A stretch of 64,000 nucleotides of DNA from an uncultured virus (IMG/VR IMGVR_UViG_3300020727_000009) (taxonomy: Duplodnaviria; Heunggongvirae; Uroviricota; Caudoviricetes): positions 1 through 64,000 of IMG/VR virus record IMGVR_UViG_3300020727_000009; one strand, 5' to 3'. Every line of letters starts with the position of its first letter. Position 1 is the stretch's first letter. The position numbers and the translations under genes were made by a program. This document shows positions 62,302-64,000 of the stretch, in pieces. The notes below the pieces were generated by a model that made no database searches, was not told the DNA's origin, and saw only the letters and a program-made list of their open reading frames with translations.

Positions 62302-62783
62302 TGTCGTACACGCCTCGTCCTGGTGACTACGGCGTAGTAAAGACTAACGGCTTTATTGGCAGACTCATCAGATTAACCACAACAAGTAGGTGGAATCACG
62401 CCGTAATCTACATTGGCGATGGAGCACTTATTGAGGCTAGACCTACTGGCGTTACTTTTGGCAAAGTAGATGAATATCCGGTAATAGCTTGGAATCAACA
62501 TGAGTACAGCCTTACTGACGAACAGCGCAAGATCATCGTAGATTACGCTGTAGATCAAATTGGTAATCCGTATGGCTACCTAGATATCTTTGTAATCTTC
62601 CTACGTGCTTTTGGTTTAAAATTACCTCCAACTAAGCTATGGGTATCCCTAGCTAGGAGACAAGGCTTTATCTGTTCAGAGCTTGTATCTGAAGCCTATG
62701 AGCATGCAAACTATTCACTAAGTAAAAAACCCGATGCCCTTGTAACACCGGGTGATCTAGCAGAGAGGTTAATCTACCAGTGA
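62301..62783 (+). CDS. Permuted papain-like (NlpC/P60; YaeF/YiiX-like) amidase
   Basis: PGD, WNHAVIY, G.PY, ICSELV and TPGDL motifs. Confidence 0.88.
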   Translation: MSYTPRPGDYGVVKTNGFIGRLIRLTTTSRWNHAVIYIGDGALIEARPTGVTFGKVDEYPVIAWNQHEYSLTDEQRKIIVDYAVDQIGNPYGYLDIFVIFLRAFGLKLPPTKLWVSLARRQGFICSELVSEAYEHANYSLSKKPDALVTPGDLAERLIYQ

Positions 62784-63211
62784 CAGACGCACATAAGCAA
62801 GCAATGAATCTTCACCTTGCTGTCTCTATCCCTGCCCATGAGCCTCGTGAGACAGATCCGCACTACCACTTGTTCAATCAGGCTAAGGCTAGGATTAAAA
62901 AGCAAGGCCTATGGAAGTGCATAATTGACGATGACCTGTGTTCTGGCGGCCCCGAGCTACATCACAGCCACATAGAGTTTAGCCAAATCAACAATATGGA
63001 CATGCATAAGGTTGAGAAGGCTTTTGGCCTACATTTTGAAACTGATGAGGAATTCCAGGAGTGGATCGAATCCCCAGGAAATCTTGAGGTTTTGTGTGAG
63101 GCTCATCATCGTACACGTTTTGGTATCCACGAGATCCCAGCCCCACTCTGGGAAACATTTAGGTATCGTAAGACAGGAACAGATCCTGCAGCGGAGGTAA
63201 CACATGAGTAG
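62780..63211 (+). CDS. HNH-like protein
   Basis: C...C...ELHH...NLEVLCEAHH. Confidence 0.7.
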   Translation: MTDAHKQAMNLHLAVSIPAHEPRETDPHYHLFNQAKARIKKQGLWKCIIDDDLCSGGPELHHSHIEFSQINNMDMHKVEKAFGLHFETDEEFQEWIESPGNLEVLCEAHHRTRFGIHEIPAPLWETFRYRKTGTDPAAEVTHE

Positions 63212-64000
63212 TGGATTGGATATTGTAAATATTGCCCAAACTCAAATAGGTTTTATAGAAGGTCCAAACAACGAGAATCCTTATGGAACTTGGTACGGTA
63301 TTCCTAATGAGAGCTACTGCGCTATGGGTGTTAGTTGGGTCTTTGCTCAAGCAGGCCTATCTGCATTGGTAGCTGCACAGACTGAAAAAGGTTTCTCCTA
63401 TTGCCCAGCCGGTTTAACATGGTTTCAGAAGAAGGGCCGTGTTGTAGGAAAGTATGAAGGGCAACCTGGAGACCTAGTATTTTATTCCTGGTCCGGTAAT
63501 GGTGTTGCAGACCACGTAGAGATTATTGAGAACGCTTCTCGTGATGGAATCACTTGCATCGGATTTAACACAGGCCCAGATAAATCAACTGGTAACCCTG
63601 CTAATGGTGATGGTTGTTTTCGTGTCCATCGCCCATATCTTTATGTATTAGCTATTGTTCGCCCAGAATATCCTGGAGCAGTTAAGCCTACAACAAGCAA
63701 GGCTGTTAATAACAAAGCTTTAGCTACAGGCGTTGCCGGAGTTACAGCTCTAGGAGGTGCCGGTGCTGCAGGTATTACTCATACTACAACCTCTACACCA
63801 ACAACTAAGACCACCGTTATTGTTGCGCCACCCTTCCCAGGATCTAGCGCCTTTAAAGTTGGGGCTAAGGGAACATCTGAGTTGATAGTAGCTAGGGCTT
63901 TAGCTAACGCTGGTTTACTCCCAATGAACTTAGTATCCAATGTTCTTACACAAGAAGAGATAGCTTTGATTCCTGTGTATCAGTCTAAGTACCCAGGTTT
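63204..64000 (+). CDS. Endolysin with N-terminal CHAP domain, runs off the window; not in ORF track
   Basis: GGAGG RBS; manual translation MSSGLDIVNIAQTQIG...YCAMGVSWVFAQAG...PGDLVFYSW....ADHVEII...GFNT. Confidence 0.88.
   Translation, partial: MSSGLDIVNIAQTQIGFIEGPNNENPYGTWYGIPNESYCAMGVSWVFAQAGLSALVAAQTEKGFSYCPAGLTWFQKKGRVVGKYEGQPGDLVFYSWSGNGVADHVEIIENASRDGITCIGFNTGPDKSTGNPANGDGCFRVHRPYLYVLAIVRPEYPGAVKPTTSKAVNNKALATGVAGVTALGGAGAAGITHTTTSTPTTKTTVIVAPPFPGSSAFKVGAKGTSELIVARALANAGLLPMNLVSNVLTQEEIALIPVYQSKYPG

Noticed and set aside
641..63350. Minus-strand and nested alternative-frame ORFs in the ORF track
   Set aside because: They overlap well-supported + strand genes and lack RBSs and motifs; treated as shadow ORFs (including 24903..25094 as given, 25166..25387 and 51411..51713)
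1..64000. tRNA/rRNA genes, integrase, introns/inteins, stop-codon reassignment
   Set aside because: None recognised by eye; core genes have normal lengths and TAA, TAG and TGA all act as stops. tRNAscan-SE and Infernal were not run

Overview
This window is about 64 kb of a tailed dsDNA phage genome with a contractile tail (sheath, tube and baseplate genes). The host is probably an Actinobacterium, inferred from two WhiB genes, leaderless starts and a hairpin loop matching the actinobacterial 16S 3' end. Almost every gene is on the + strand. Gene order is terminase, portal, scaffold and major capsid protein (1.6-7.5 kb); an unusual fibre/adhesin/modification block (9.2-24 kb); neck, tail and baseplate (24-42.6 kb); replication and recombination genes (42.9-60 kb); and the start of a lysis cassette (62-64 kb). 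The most striking feature is a duplicated cassette of fibre, tip adhesin, dUTPase-like protein, small paralogous protein and glycosyltransferase. The two adhesins share a scaffold but carry unrelated 190-270 aa Tyr-rich inserts in the same loop. One insert has 26 Cys arranged in mirror symmetry around a KGG turn, which suggests an ultralong Cys-stapled beta-hairpin. Also found: about 14 genes missing from the ORF track, two promoter classes, hairpins with anti-Shine-Dalgarno loops, a probable +1 frameshift and a probable replication origin. All family assignments come from motifs recognised by eye; no searches were run.
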